Source: Ginglymostoma cirratum
Taxonomy: Eukaryota
Direction: 5' to 3'
Length of the DNA: 64,000 bases
NCBI GenBank assembly: GCA_024137785.1
Contig: JAHRHZ010000267.1
Location: 6,986,512-7,050,511, forward strand
The first letter of the stretch is position 1; the number at the start of each line of letters is the position of its first letter. The notes under the pieces were generated by a model. That model did no database searches. It had not been told where the DNA came from and saw only the letters and a list, made by a program, of their open reading frames with translations. Of the stretch, positions 51,572-64,000 are shown piece by piece. The translations under genes and the position numbers were made by a program.

Positions 51572-52657
51572 TGTGTGTGTGTGTGTGTATAAAATATATA
51601 TATAAAAGCCAAGCTAATATGGTTTTCACTGGAATGAGCCTCACTTAATCACCAGATTCAGAAGTAAAAGAGCAATCACTGAGCCTGAGCAGACAAGTAT
51701 GCATTTGTTAGTCATTTGCTCACGGGTATCATCAAACCCCAGGCTCAGACCAGCTCCAGTGAGAACTCCTTTAGAAAGCTCTGAAGCCAATGGCAGTATC
51801 CTATCACCTCCGCTGAGATCTGCGCACGAAGCACATAGACCCACAAAGCTTAGGGCAACAGTCTGTTGGCTAGTTGGGCTACCAAGAAAGTAAACGAATG
51901 GCTGAAAATGTCAATTGATGAGTCATTTTTCTCTTATGAAATGATAGAAATGCCTGGCGTATGGATAGCAGGCTGTTCATCAGTTTTATGGCCTTTGGTC
52001 TTTTCTGTCATCATTACTGAACTTATACAAGATGGTTATGTTCTGAAAGACCTTTGACTCAACATAAAACAGAAGATTCTTGAAAAACATCTCAGCTGTG
52101 ATTCAACTGCCACAGGGAAGAAAAACTCAAACAGAAAACCGTGGAAGTGTAATCTTGGGAGCAAAGAAGAAAATAGCTAAATATTTTAAGCATGTAGAGA
52201 ACTTGTATTTTTTTTAACAATGCTTGAAATGGACTTTTGGTGATATAACATCTAAAGGGGTAGCAAGAAATACTAGCCCACATGACCTAGCAATCTTGAA
52301 CCTAGAAGTACTAACAGATCCTGGTATATCTACACTATTATGACAACTGGTAGCTAAAGAAGACTACAGGATTTTCTGGAAAGAGATGTAACATGTTAGG
52401 AAGATTGTCCTGTCAGAAGGAAAATGCTGCCTTTACAAAATAACCAAACTCAAAAGGAAAGCACGTGGAATTGTCCTTGGAAGAACTGCATGATGCAAAC
52501 TGGGATCACAACAGTTGAATGGGACTGCCTACTTACCTCCATGAAATAGTCTTTATTATTTCTGCTATTCCACGTGTAATTCATAGTCATAACGACCACG
52601 GTTAGCCTGCTAATTCTGACTTGTGTTAAAGTAAAAATTACAAAAAGTAAAACTTTT

Positions 52658-52966
52658 AGCTCAGTGGTTAGCACTGCTGCCTCACAGCGCCAGGGACCTG
52701 CGTTCGATTCCACCCTTGGGTGACTATCTGTGTGGTGTTTGCACGCTCTCCCCGTGTCTGTGTGGGTTTCCTCCGGGTGCTCCAGTTTTCTCCCACTGTT
52801 CAAAGATGCGCAGGTTATGTGGCTTGGCCGTTCTAAATTGCCTGTAATGTTGAGGGATGTGGAGATGAGGTGGATTATCGGGGGATGGGCCTGGGTGGAA
52901 TGCTCTGAGGGTCGTTGTGGATTTGTTGGGCCGACGGGCCTGTTTCCACACTGTAAGGATTCTATG
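52658..52966 (+). mobile_element. HE1-type SINE
   Basis: gctcagtggttagcactgctgcctcacagcgccagggacctgcgttcgattcc..acactgtaaggattctatga. Confidence 0.9.
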
Positions 52967-54779
52967 ATGAATAACTTTCAGCCACTTAAGGTGTAATATT
53001 TTAAATTCAATGAAAGCAAAATATTGCAGATGCTAGAAACTGGAAATAAAATCTGAAACTGCCTGGATCTAATCATCAGGTCAAGTAGTACCTTGAGAAA
53101 AGAATGAAATAATTCAACAGCACAAAGTAGCACTTATAGCCAATTAATTGCAATCAAACAGAATGGTTGCTTGTGTTAGTTTTGTAGAACAAGTATTCAT
53201 CAAAGCTAAGTTAATCATGTTTGAATTTCTTGCACTGTCCCACCAATCTTTTTTTGAACACAAAGAGGCCTTTGAGTCTTTACACCTTTTGAAGCTTCAA
53301 TGGTCAGTCCCGGAATGCTTTGAATTATTAAATGTTCTTTCATGATCAACTCTTAAGATAACACCACAGTCTGTTTGTTCTGGCTGCAGTGAATCAATAA
53401 GAGCAAGCTCTGGGAGTCATCTTGTAAGGCTGTGGGTCCATTTTAGACACAGATAAAGACTTGCTTGCAAAATATTATAATTAGGCAGTTAAAGCAGGCT
53501 TAACATTAGAGTTATTTCAAATGGTTTTGCTGAACTAATTACAAAGTAAATTCTCTTGGAACATGAAGAGTATACAGTGAACATATTTTTACGAGGCTAA
53601 GTCTTGCCCTGGATTTACTGGGTATCTTGTTTCTTTGTACCATAATGTACTACTTTACCTTGTACCATTATTATAGTAATTTCCTTCACATCCCATTCGC
53701 TCTTGTACCTTGGCTCGTGATGCAATGTTCTACTTTAAGGTTCTCATTGTGCTTTCAAATGTATCCAAGGCCTTGCACTTCCTATCCCTAATCAACTCAA
53801 GTGCCACAGCCTGAAGATATTTACACTTGTCCTGTCATGGCCACTGGCAAATCTTCAATTTTTATTACTCTACTATTTATGTATGCGGTTTAGATTCCAA
53901 GACTAATTTCTGAAAATCCTTCATGAAATCGTCTCAGCTCTCCTTCCTCAAAGATGTTGAACCGTTTGCTTTGACTAGGTTTTCGGTCATCTGACTTAAT
54001 GGTATCTGGCTCAGACTAAATTGTGTTAGCTGACACTTCTTTAAAGTATCAGGTGACATTTTACTACATTAAAAACCATATATAAATACAAAGGTGCTGC
54101 TGTGGTAATGTAAATGTCAATATGCCATGAAGAATGAATAGACTTTTCACCCACTTTTCCAAGCCACCGGCTGAAATTCAATTTTTTTTAAACAAAAACT
54201 CAGTTCAGAACTTTCAAGTATTTTTTAATGAAGATCTAAGATGGTGAAAAGATCAATTTGGCTTTCACACAGAAGAACCTGCTATAATAGCAAACAAGCT
54301 GCTAAAACCTTTGCATTGAAAATTAACACACTAATTATGTGCTGTTCAGAATGCATTGCCAGTAATTTATTAAGACTAATTGAAAACACTTTGCAATCCC
54401 ATGAAATCTATAAGTGAGGAAGGCAAAAACAGGAAGGCCATGGCAATACCTCAAAGGGCAATACCTCAAAGTCCCGCACCGTCCTGAAGTGGACAAGTAC
54501 TATTCCCTCATAACTTTTGTATCAATACCCATGAATTTTGCAACAGCATTGTGGAAGTGGCAACATCACAAGGAATGGACTTAATGAACTTTACGAACTT
54601 TAAGAAGGCAGTACACCAATACATTTTCTTCACTCAGCTTGCAGCTAGTAACACCCAACCACGTCAGTGTTGGCCACAATTCTGAGAACAAAAAGAATAT
54701 AAATACTGAAGGCAGAAAATTACTGGAGCCTGAACATCATGGGCTTTGGCAATAAATGTGGCAGATATCGGGAGCAACT

Positions 54780-57517
54780 TGCTGCATCTTTTAACTAGGT
54801 TCCGGGTGCCGAGTTGAGTTTCGCACCAGGCATGGATATTCTGAAAGGGGAGGGTGAGCAGCCAGAGGTCATGGTACTAATGACAGACAGAAACAGAGAT
54901 GAGGTCCTGCGAACAGAATTTAGGAAGTTAGGTATGAACCCTGCAACCTCCAGGTTGTAATCTCAAGATTACTCCATGTACCATGTATTAAAGAGGCCAG
55001 AAATGAGAAAGTAATACAGTTGCATGCATGGCTATAGATGTGGTAAAAGATGGAGGTTTTCAGATGTCTGGATCATTGGGATCTCTTCCAGGGTAGGTGG
55101 GACCTGTACAAGCAGGACGGGTTACGCCTAAACTGGAGGAGAACCAATGTCCTGGCAGGCAGGTTTGCTTGTGTCACTGAAGAGGGTGGCCTGGGAGGGG
55201 AGCGCAGCCAGAGAAGTAGGTTAGTATATGGAGTGTTTGGAGAGATGAGAAGGGCTAAATCAAGTAAGTCTAGTAGGAGGGACAGGAGGCCAAGATTGAT
55301 GAACACAGTGGGACTGGTGGTCGATTTTAATGCAAAGACTATAACAGATTAAGTAAATAAGCTTAGAGCCGAGATCAGTATCTGGGTCTACTTTGTGGCA
55401 GCCATGACAGAAACGTGATTGAGAGAAAGGCAGGAGTGCGGCTCAATGTTCCAAGGTTGAGGTGTTTTTGGTGTTATAGAGGGGGATGTAAAACTGGAGT
55501 TGCATGACTAATTAAGTAGGAAGTCACAGCTGCACCAAAAAGGACATTTTGGAGGGCTCATTCACTGAGGCCATATGGGTAGAACACAGGATAAGAACGG
55601 TGCAGTCACTATGATGGGGTTATACGATAGGCCTCTCAATAGCCAGTGGGAATTAGAGGAACAGATAAGTAAGCAGATCATGGAAAGATGTAAAGATGGG
55701 GTTGTTGCACTGGGCTCAGTGATCGAAGTTTCAGTGGGGGAGCACTTTGGAACAGTGATAATAATTTTGTAAGATTTAAGATAGTTACAGAAAAGGATAA
55801 GTTTGGTCCTCAGGTAAAAGTGCTAAACTGGGGGAAGGCTTAATACAATGGTATGAGGCAGGAACTGGAGAAACTGGATTTGGGGCAAATCACATCTGAC
55901 ATGTGAGTCTTTCAAAAGCCAATTGACCAGAGTTTAAGACCAGCATGTTCCTGTAAGAAAGAAAGATAAAGATGGCAAAAGATGTTATAAGTTTAGTGAA
56001 AAAGAAAGTTTAGGAAACAGAAATCAAACAAGGCCTTTGAAAAGTATAAAGGAAGCACAAAAGAACTGAAGTAAAAAATTAGGAGGGCTAGAAGGGGCCA
56101 TGCAATGTCCTTGGCAAGTAGGATTAAAGAGAATCTCAAGGCATTTTGTATGTACGTTGGGGGTAACAGATTAACTAGAGAAAGGTTAGGTCCACTCAAG
56201 GACAGAGGAAGAAATTTGTGTGGAGCCAGATGAAGTTCGCGAGGTCCTCAACGAGTACTTCATATTGGTATTCATGAAGAAGAAAAACATGGATGCTGGT
56301 AGGGTTAAAAATGGGTGTGTTGATACTTTAAAGCATGTCAATATTAAGGAGGAGGGAGTATTAGTTTGTCTTGAAAAACATTAAAGTCCCTAGGGCCTGA
56401 GAGAATCTACCCCCGGATACTGAAGGAGGCAAGGGAGATTGCTAGGGCCTTGACAGAAATCTTTGTATCTTACTTAGCACGGGTGAGATCCAGGAAGACT
56501 AGAGAATAACCAATACTGTTCTCTTGTTCAAAAGGGCAACAGAAGTGGCAGGGAAATTATTAATGAAGATTTGTATGGTCAGGAATTACATGTATTTGAC
56601 AAAGACTGGACTTAAGGATGGTGAGCATGGCTTTATGCAGGGTGGTCTTGTTTCGCAAACTTGATTAAGTTTTTTGAGGAAATGACAAAGATGATTAATG
56701 AGGGTAAGGCAGTGCACATTGTCCTCACGGACTTTACTAAAGCATTTGCAAAGGTCCCTCATAGTAGGATGGTCCCAAAGGTTAAATCACATAGAAACCA
56801 TAGTGATTGGCAAATTTAATACAAAATTAGCTTAGCCATAGAGGATAGTGTTGTGGAAGGGTATTTTTCTGACTGGAGGTCTGTGACTAGTGATGTTCTG
56901 CAAGGATCACTGCTGGGCCATCTTTTGATTGTTATGTATGGATATGTAATATACAATTTGGATGAAACTATCAGCTGTCTGATTTAGAAGTTTGCAGATG
57001 ACTCAAAAATTGGAGGAGTTGTGGATAGTGAGGAACCAAGTCAAAGGATGCAGCAGGATATCGATCAGTTGGAAAGTTGGGCAGAGAAATGGCAGATGGA
57101 GTTTAATCCAAACAAGTGTGATTTGAGATAACAAGCATGGGGCTGGATGAACACAGCAGGTCAAGCAGCATCATAGGAGCAGGAAAACTTGACGTTTCGG
57201 GCCTAAACCCTTCATCAGAAATGGGGGAGGGGAAGAGGGTTCTGAAATAAATAGGGAGAGAGGGGGAGGCGGATAGAGGATGGATAGAGGAGAGGATAGG
57301 TGGAGAGGAGGCAGACAAGTCAAAGAGGCGGGGATGGAGCCAGTAAAGGTGAGTGTAGGTGGGGGGGTAGGGAGGAGATAGGTCAGTCCAGGGAGGACGG
57401 ACAGGTCAAGGGGGCGGGATGATGTTAGTAGGTAGGAGATGGGGGTGTGGCTTGGGGTGAGAGGAATAACAGGTTAGGGAGGTGGAGATGAGCTGGGCTG
57501 GTTTTGGGATGCGGTTG

Positions 57518-57549
<32 letters not shown>

Positions 57550-58745
57550 CACATTGATGCCATTGGGCTGCGGGTTTCCCGGGTGAATATGATTTGCTGT
57601 TCCTGCAGCCTTCGCGTGGCATCACTGTAGCATTGTAGGAGGCCAAGGATGGACATGTCATCTGAGGAATGGGAAGGGGAGTTGAAATGGTTCGCAACTG
57701 GGAGGTGCAGTTGTTTGTTGCGAACTGAGCGCAGGTGTTCTGCAAAGCGGTCCCCAAGCCTCCGCTTGGTTTCCCCGATGTAGAGGAATCCACAACGGGT
57801 ACAGCGGATGCAGTATACCACATTGGCAGATGTGCAGGTGAACCTCTGCCTGATGTGGAAAGTCTTCTTGGGGCCTGGGATTGGGGTGAGGGAGGAGGTG
57901 TGGGGGCAGGTGTAGCACTTCCTGCGGTTACAAGGAAAAGTGCCGGGTGTGGTGGGGCTGGAGGGGAGTGTGGAGCGGACAAGGGAGTGGTCCCTCCGGA
58001 AGGCAGATAAGGGTGGGGAGGGAAAGATGTCTTTGGTGGTGGGGTCTTTTTGGAGGTCAAATACGAGAGAAAATATATAGTAAATGGCCAAAACCTTTAG
58101 GAGCGCTAATATACAAAGGTATCTCAGGGTGCCTGTCCATAACTCCCTGAAAGTGGCAACACAAATGGATAAGGTGGGAAAGAAGACGAACAGCATGCTT
58201 ACTTTCTTCAGTTGGAGCAGTGACTATGGAAGTTGGCATTTGGAGTACTGTGTGCAGTTCTGGTCACCACACTATAGGAGGGATGTGGAGGCTTTAGAGA
58301 GGGTGCAGAAGAGGTTTACCAGGATGTTGCCTGGATTGGAGTGTATTATCGATAAGGAGAAGTTGGACAATCTTTGATTGTTTTCACTCGAGCATCGGAG
58401 GGTGAGGGCCGATCTGTTGGAGGTATGTAAAATCATGAGAGGCATGGATAGGTAGATACTTGGGAGTATTTTTCCCAGGGTGGAAATATCACATATTTTG
58501 GGGAAACAGGTTTAAGATGAAAGGGGGAAAAGATCAAAGGAGATGTGCCAGGAAAGATTTTATTACACAGAGGGTGGTAGGTGCTTCAAACACATTGCCG
58601 GGGAGGTGGTAGAAACAGAGGCAATAGCAATATTTGAGAGGCATTTAAACAAGCACAGGAACAGGCAGAGAATAGAAGGACGTGGACCATATGTAGGGAG
58701 CTGGGCTAATTTAGAATAGCATCATGGGTGGCAGATATGGTAGTA
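54780..58745 (+). mobile_element. Long degenerate CR1 LINE (ORF1 esterase, APE, RT, 3' end) split by a PLE at 57125-58046
   Basis: GEGEQPEVM and LDHWDLFQGRWDLYKQDGLRLNW (ORF1 SGNH), NAKTI, TET, GLYDRP (APE), FADDSK (RT), HLEYCVQFWSPHY. Confidence 0.85.
57125..58046 (-). mobile_element. Penelope-like element 3' part (GIY-YIG endonuclease plus terminus with hammerhead)
   Basis: PCNRRKCYTCPH..FTCTSANVVYCIRCTRCGFLYIGETKRRLGDRFAEH..PVANHF; hammerhead motif at 57188-57221. Confidence 0.92.
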
Positions 58746-60295
58746 CTGGTACAGTATATGGTACAATGCTATATACTACGTTCAGTGGGGAGTTGCATAT
58801 TAATGGGGTGCATTGCATGTTATCTATCTTATTAACTACAGATCTCACTTCATTAATATGTAGCTTCATATCCTACCACCTGCTGCTATAAAACTATACG
58901 CCGACAATTCTCAACGTGGAAGTCAGAGTGAGGACCTGGTAACTTCAGCTCACTGCTGGCTGTGATAAGCTTCCATGTTGCTCACCATACAACAGCATCA
59001 GGGCACAATCTACAGGCACCAGTCGCTTACGCCCTTCATCCACAGACATAGGCACCTGCTATTTGCCAAGCCCTCAGGTTTCTCATGGCTCCTCTCTGAT
59101 TCAATGGCAGGATAATCAGGAAAGACAGATTTTCATTGTAGAATACATCTACAACTAGCATTGAAAAGGTTGCTGCAAGGATCCTTTGCACACAGGGAAT
59201 GGCACTCATCTCACAGATTGGACCATGCTGTGTCTCAGGGCTGTTCACCTGCTCTGGGCTCCTTTGCTTCATGCCAACCTGCATGTTCACAACATCCACG
59301 TCTTGTCTTGCCATGCCTATTAGCATAGTCACACAGGTAGTCAGCTTACCTTGCTTCTCAGTCCTCAGACAAGAGAATGTCTGATGCTACATCATCTGTA
59401 CCCCGTGACAGCAGCTTTCCTGGCAAACACACATGTGCAGTATGAAAACAGCCATGTCTCAAAGTCTTCAGGGAGTAGCGCTCACCAAAGTCCTCCACTA
59501 AACGGTGTTCATCAGTCAGGGGCTCCTGGTGGAGTAAGTCAAGGGCACCCTCCTATACCAGTCCAAGGGACTGACCATGGTCAACTGTCCAATCGGGGGG
59601 GGTGTCAGTCAGGGCTCTGTGCCTCAGCAATCCAAGGAGTGGGTCACAGTCAGTCCTGTGACTCCAAAGTAGCTAATCCAACAGGCAGGATCAACGTCTT
59701 TGAGGATACATACAGGTATCAGTCAGGGGTCTCCGCCCTTCATGCCTGGAGCTGTGAGTTTGTTCGATGGGTAGGCCACAGTCAGGTTATCAAGTCCATC
59801 CGCAGAAGTTAAGGGGAAAGGAGGGTGGAGGACCAGGGGGCCGGAAGGAGACTTTGAGAAACTATTCACGGGGAATGAGAGCCAGAGGCTGAGAAGGGGA
59901 AAAACAGTTTAGAAGAGGACAACTGTATTTCATGCATACAGGAACAGGGTAATGTGGAATGAGGATTCACCCACAGTCAGGAGCACGTAGATGCAAAGGA
60001 TGGAAACGACTGTCCGAAGAGTATTCACTGTTGCTATCCATCATGCTGCAATGTTCTTTTTAATTCACTCATGGGACATGGGCATTGTTGGCTGGGTCAT
60101 ATTTATTGCTATCCCTAATTGCCCTTGAGAAAGTGGTAATGAGCTACAGTATACGTGCTGCAGATTGACCCACGCTGCCCTTACTGAAAGAATTCCAGGA
60201 TTTTGACGCAGCAACTATGAAAGAATGGCGATATATTTCCAAGTCAGGACAGTGAGTGGCTTGGAGGGGAACTTAAGGTGGTGGTCTTCCCATAA

Positions 60296-60922
60296 ATTTT
60301 ATCTCAAGAGGGTTGGAATATAAAAGCAGTGATGTGCTTCTGAGACTTTATAAAGCTCAGGTTAGGCCCCATTTAGAATACTGTGTCCAATTTTGGGCCC
60401 CACACCTCAGGAAGGACATACTGGCACTGGAGCGTGTCCAGCGGAGATTCACACGGATGATCCCTGGAATGGTAGGCCTAACATACGATGAGCAGCTGAG
60501 GATCCTGGGATTGTATTCATTAGAGTTTAGAAGGTTGAGGGGAGATCTAATAGAAACTTACAAGATAATGCATGGCTTAGAAAGGGTGGATGCTGGGAAG
60601 TTGTTTCCGTTAGGTGGGGAGACTAGGACCCGTGGGCACAGCCTTAGAATTAGAGGGGGTCAATTTAGAGCGGAAATGAGGAGACATTTCTTCAGCCAGA
60701 GAGTGGTGGGCCTGTGGAATTCATTGCCACGGAGCGCAGTGGAGGCCAGGACGTTGAATGTTTTCAAGGCGGAGATTGATAAATTCTTGATCTCGCAAGG
60801 AATTAAGGGCTACGGGGAGAGTGCGGGTAAGTGGAGTTGAAATGCCCATCAGCCATGATTAAATGGCGGAGTGGACTCGATGGGCCGAATGGCCTTACTT
60901 CCACTCCTATGTCTTATGGTCT
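60296..60922 (+). mobile_element. Well-preserved CR1 LINE 3' fragment
   Basis: Uninterrupted 175-aa ORF2 C-terminus (RPHLEYCVQFWAP..RRLRGDLIE..FFSQRVVGLWNSLP) and tail ctcctatgtcttatggtctt; nested in an older LINE. Confidence 0.92.
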
Positions 60923-61274
60923 TAAATCTGGAAGGACAAGGGCAGCAGATACAAGCGACACCTTCCATCCTTTACTGATGGTAGAGAATAGATGGATAGG
61001 ATGTAATGGGCCGGGTTGGATTTGTTCAGGAAGTACTGGGCGATTTTACATGTTGTCAGGCAGATACAAGTGTTGTAACTGTACTGGAACAGCTTAGCTG
61101 GGGGAGCAGCAAGTTCTGGAGCAAAAGTCTTCAGTAGTATTGACAGAGCCCATAACTATTACAGTATCCAGTGCCTCCAATTGTTTCTTCATATCACATG
61201 GAATGAATAGAAATGCCTGAAGACGGGTATGTGTGATGCTGGGCACCACTGGAGGAGGCTGAGATGGATCATCC

Positions 61275-62245
61275 ACACAGTCAGAGTCAAACAGCAGAGT
61301 CCAACCAGTTCATGCCAAGCATAACCCCAAACTAAACTAGTCCCGTCTGCCTGCTCATGTCCTATATCACTCTAAACCTTTTCTATTTATGTACTTATCC
61401 AAACGTCTATTGAACACTGTAATTGTATTCACATCCACAACTTCCTCAGGAAGTTCTTTCCGCACGCAAACCGCCCTGTGTAAAAAACTTGCCCCTCATG
61501 TCTTTTCTAAAATCTCTCTCCTCTCACCTTAAAAATGCACCCCCCGGTCTTGAAATCCCCCAGTCTATGGAAAAGGCAATTGCCATAAACTCTCTCCAGA
61601 CCCCTCATTATTTTATAAACTTCTAAGGTTGCCTCTTAACCTCCTACATTCCAGTGAGAAAAGTCCAATCCAGCTTTCTTGATAACTCAAATCTTCCATC
61701 ACAGCCACATCCTGGTAAATCTTTTCTGAACATCCTCCCTATAACTGCACCAGGGGCCCGGGTTCAACTCCACCCTCAAGCAACTGTCTCTTCATGTCTG
61801 CACGGGTTTCCACCAGGTGCTTCTGTTTCCTCCCGCAGTCCAAAGATCTACAGGTTAGATGGATTGGCCGTGCTAAATTGCCAATAGTGTTCAGGGTGTT
61901 AGGTTGGGTGAGTTAGCCATGGGGAAACGTACAGTTACAGGGGAAAGGGTAGGGAGATGGTCTGGGTGGGATGCTCTCTGGAGGGTCGGCGTGGGCATGT
62001 TAGGCCAAATGGCCTGTTTCCACACAGCAGAGATTCTGGGAACTAGGCGACCAGAACTGGACAGTATTCCAGAACAGGCCTCACCAATGTCCTATACAAC
62101 CTCAACATGACTTCCCAGCTCCTATACTACGCGCCTGAACCCCTCTGTCCCTCTATTCTACAACACCACCCAAGGCCCTACTATTAATTGTCTAAGCCCT
62201 ACCCTTGTTTGTTGTACCAAAATGCAATACCTTACATTTATCCAT
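61275..62245 (-). mobile_element. CR1/HER1 3' fragment interrupted by an HE1 SINE (61745-62035, +)
   Basis: aaaaacttgcccctcatgtc..cctctcaccttaaaa and accagaactggacagtattcc flank an HE1 core cacgggtttcc..cagtccaaagat. Confidence 0.75.
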
Positions 62246-62561
62246 TTGGCAATTCTTGCTGAACTGTTTCAGCCTTATCCTTTGCACAGGCAGGTTGGCT
62301 CTTCCTTCATTGAGGATGGGATATTTATGTAGGCTCCTCCTCCAGTGAGTTGTTTGTCATGTGGCAGGACTCCAGAGCTTAAATCTGATCTGTTGTTGTG
62401 AGATTGCTTAACTCTGTCTGCTGCTTATGCTGTTGACATGCAAGTAGTCCTGTTTGATCACCATCTTTACACCTCATTTTTGGGTATGCCTGCCTGCACT
62501 CTCCATTGAACCAAGGGTGATCCCCTAACTTAGGAGCAAATTACTGCAGCTGCTAAAATCT

Positions 62562-62768
62562 GAACTGAAAACACAAAATGCTGGAGATCACGGTGGGTCA
62601 GGCAGCATCCACGGAGAAGGTGCAAGCTAATGTTTCAAGTCGAGATGACTCTTCATCACTTCACTTCAGCTCTGAAAAAGAATCATTTAGATTTGGAATG
62701 TCAGCTTGCTTTCTCTCCACTTAAGCTGCCAGACCCGCTGTGATCTCCAGCATTTTGTGTTTTCAGTT
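62562..62768. mobile_element. Penelope-derived palindromic mini-element
   Basis: aactgaaaacacaaaatgctggagatcac ... gtgatctccagcattttgtgttttcagtt inverted arms around two decayed hammerhead-like cores. Confidence 0.7.
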
Positions 62769-63309
62769 GATCGCCTGGCTTGATGGTAATGATTGAGTTG
62801 GAGCTATGCCGGGTGACATGATTGCAGATTGTTGCTGGAGTACAATTCTCCCACTACTGGTGAGCCACAGCGTTTCATGGATGCCCAGTCTTGAGCTGCT
62901 ACATTCTAAATCTGTCCCATTTAGCACAGATTGTAGTGCACAACATGAAGGTTATTCTCAATGTGAAGCTGGGACTTTGCACAAGAAACGTGGTGGTCGC
63001 TCTTATCAATACTGTCATGGACAGATGCATCAATTTCCTCCACCAGTCTGAACATCCTGACAGGATGATTTTTGAGGAGTCTGTGTACCGTTCATGCTCT
63101 AGCTGGGTGGCTACTGCCACCCTCTGTCTCCTTGCGAGCAAGGAGCATCTGGAGTGTGGGCCAGATTCCCCATCATCCTGACAACCAATGGCTGGGGCGA
63201 TGGAGTGCAACTTTGTTGATCTCTCCGGCAGACTTCAAGGGTCCTGGACCTGAACATCCATGGCAGCCAGACAATCCAATGCATGAAGCAACTGGGTCCC
63301 CATTGTACA

Positions 63310-64000
63310 GAGATAAAAGGTACTGCAGATGCTGGAGAATCCGAGATAACAAGCATGGGGCTGGATGAACACAGCAGGTCAAGCAGCATCATAGGAGCAG
63401 GAAAACTNNNNNNNNNNNNNNNNNNNNNNNNNNNNNNNNNNNNNNNNNNNNNNNNNNNNNNNNNNNNNNNNNNNNNNNNNNNNNNNNNNNNNNNNNNNNN
63501 NNNNNNNNNNNNNNNNNNNNNNNNNNNNNNNNNNNNNNNNNNNNNNNNNNNNNNNNNNNNNNNNNNNNNNNNNNNNNNNNNNNNNNNNNNNNNNNNNNNN
63601 NNNNNNNNNNNNNNNNNNNNNNNNNNNNNNNNNNNNNNNNNNNNNNNNNNNNNNNNNNNNNNNNNNNNNNNNNNNNNNNNNNNNNNNNNNNNNNNNNNNN
63701 NNNNNNNNNNNNNNNNNNNNNNNNNNNNNNNNNNNNNNNNNNNNNNNNNNNNNNNNNNNNNNNNNNNNNNNNNNNNNNNNNNNNNNNNNNNNNNNNNNNN
63801 NNNNNNNCCTGAGGTGATGAGGTTGTGGATGGTTTGGGAGATGATGGTTTGGTGCTCGGGGGTGGGGTCATGATCCAGGGGGCGGTAGGAGGAGGTGTCA
63901 GAGAGTTGGCGCCTGGCCTCAGCATTGTAGAGGTCAGTGCGCCATACTACGACTGCCCCTCCCTTGTCCGCGGGTTTTATGGTGAGGTTGGGATTGGAGC
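63310..64000 (-). mobile_element. Penelope-like element spanning the assembly gap
   Basis: 63342-63407 matches the PLE terminus at 57125; 63808-64000 minus encodes TIKPADKGGAVVVWRTDLYNAEARRQLSD (PLE RT N-terminal motif). Confidence 0.85.
63408..63807. other. Assembly gap (400 N)
   Basis: Run of N. Confidence 1.

Noticed and set aside
54442-54471. Tandem 15-mer ggcaatacctcaaag x2
   Set aside because: Simple slippage duplication inside a LINE-tail remnant
63283-63925. Long ORFs across the N run
   Set aside because: Artefacts of the assembly gap
1-64000. CRISPR arrays, operons or other prokaryotic systems
   Set aside because: No regularly spaced repeats or gene-dense coding; the sequence is vertebrate intronic/intergenic DNA

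Overview
Eukaryotic, repeat-rich vertebrate DNA. The repeat complement (HE1-type SINEs, HER1/CR1 LINEs, Penelope-like elements) points to a cartilaginous fish, probably a shark (inference). Most ORFs in the track are retroelement debris: many CR1/HER1 fragments, a 5'-truncated Gypsy element (8.4-11.7 kb), an RTE-type LINE (29.9-31.7 kb), Penelope-like GIY-YIG elements (47.5-48.6, 57.1-58.0 and 63.3-64 kb), tRNA-derived SINEs and Harbinger-like relics. A CpG-island promoter with a perfect CRE (~35.75-36.15 kb) appears to drive an unidentified minus-strand gene; a uORF, exon 1 and exon 2 are visible, and further small exons are only candidates. The most interesting signals are: at least 8 near-intact minimal hammerhead-ribozyme motifs in short Penelope-derived termini (some as foldback palindromes), a tRNA-Lys-derived pseudogene with a TTC anticodon, and an unexplained ~210-bp local duplication in the putative intron. 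There is a 400-N assembly gap at 63408-63807. Repeat boundaries and family names were judged by eye and are approximate.
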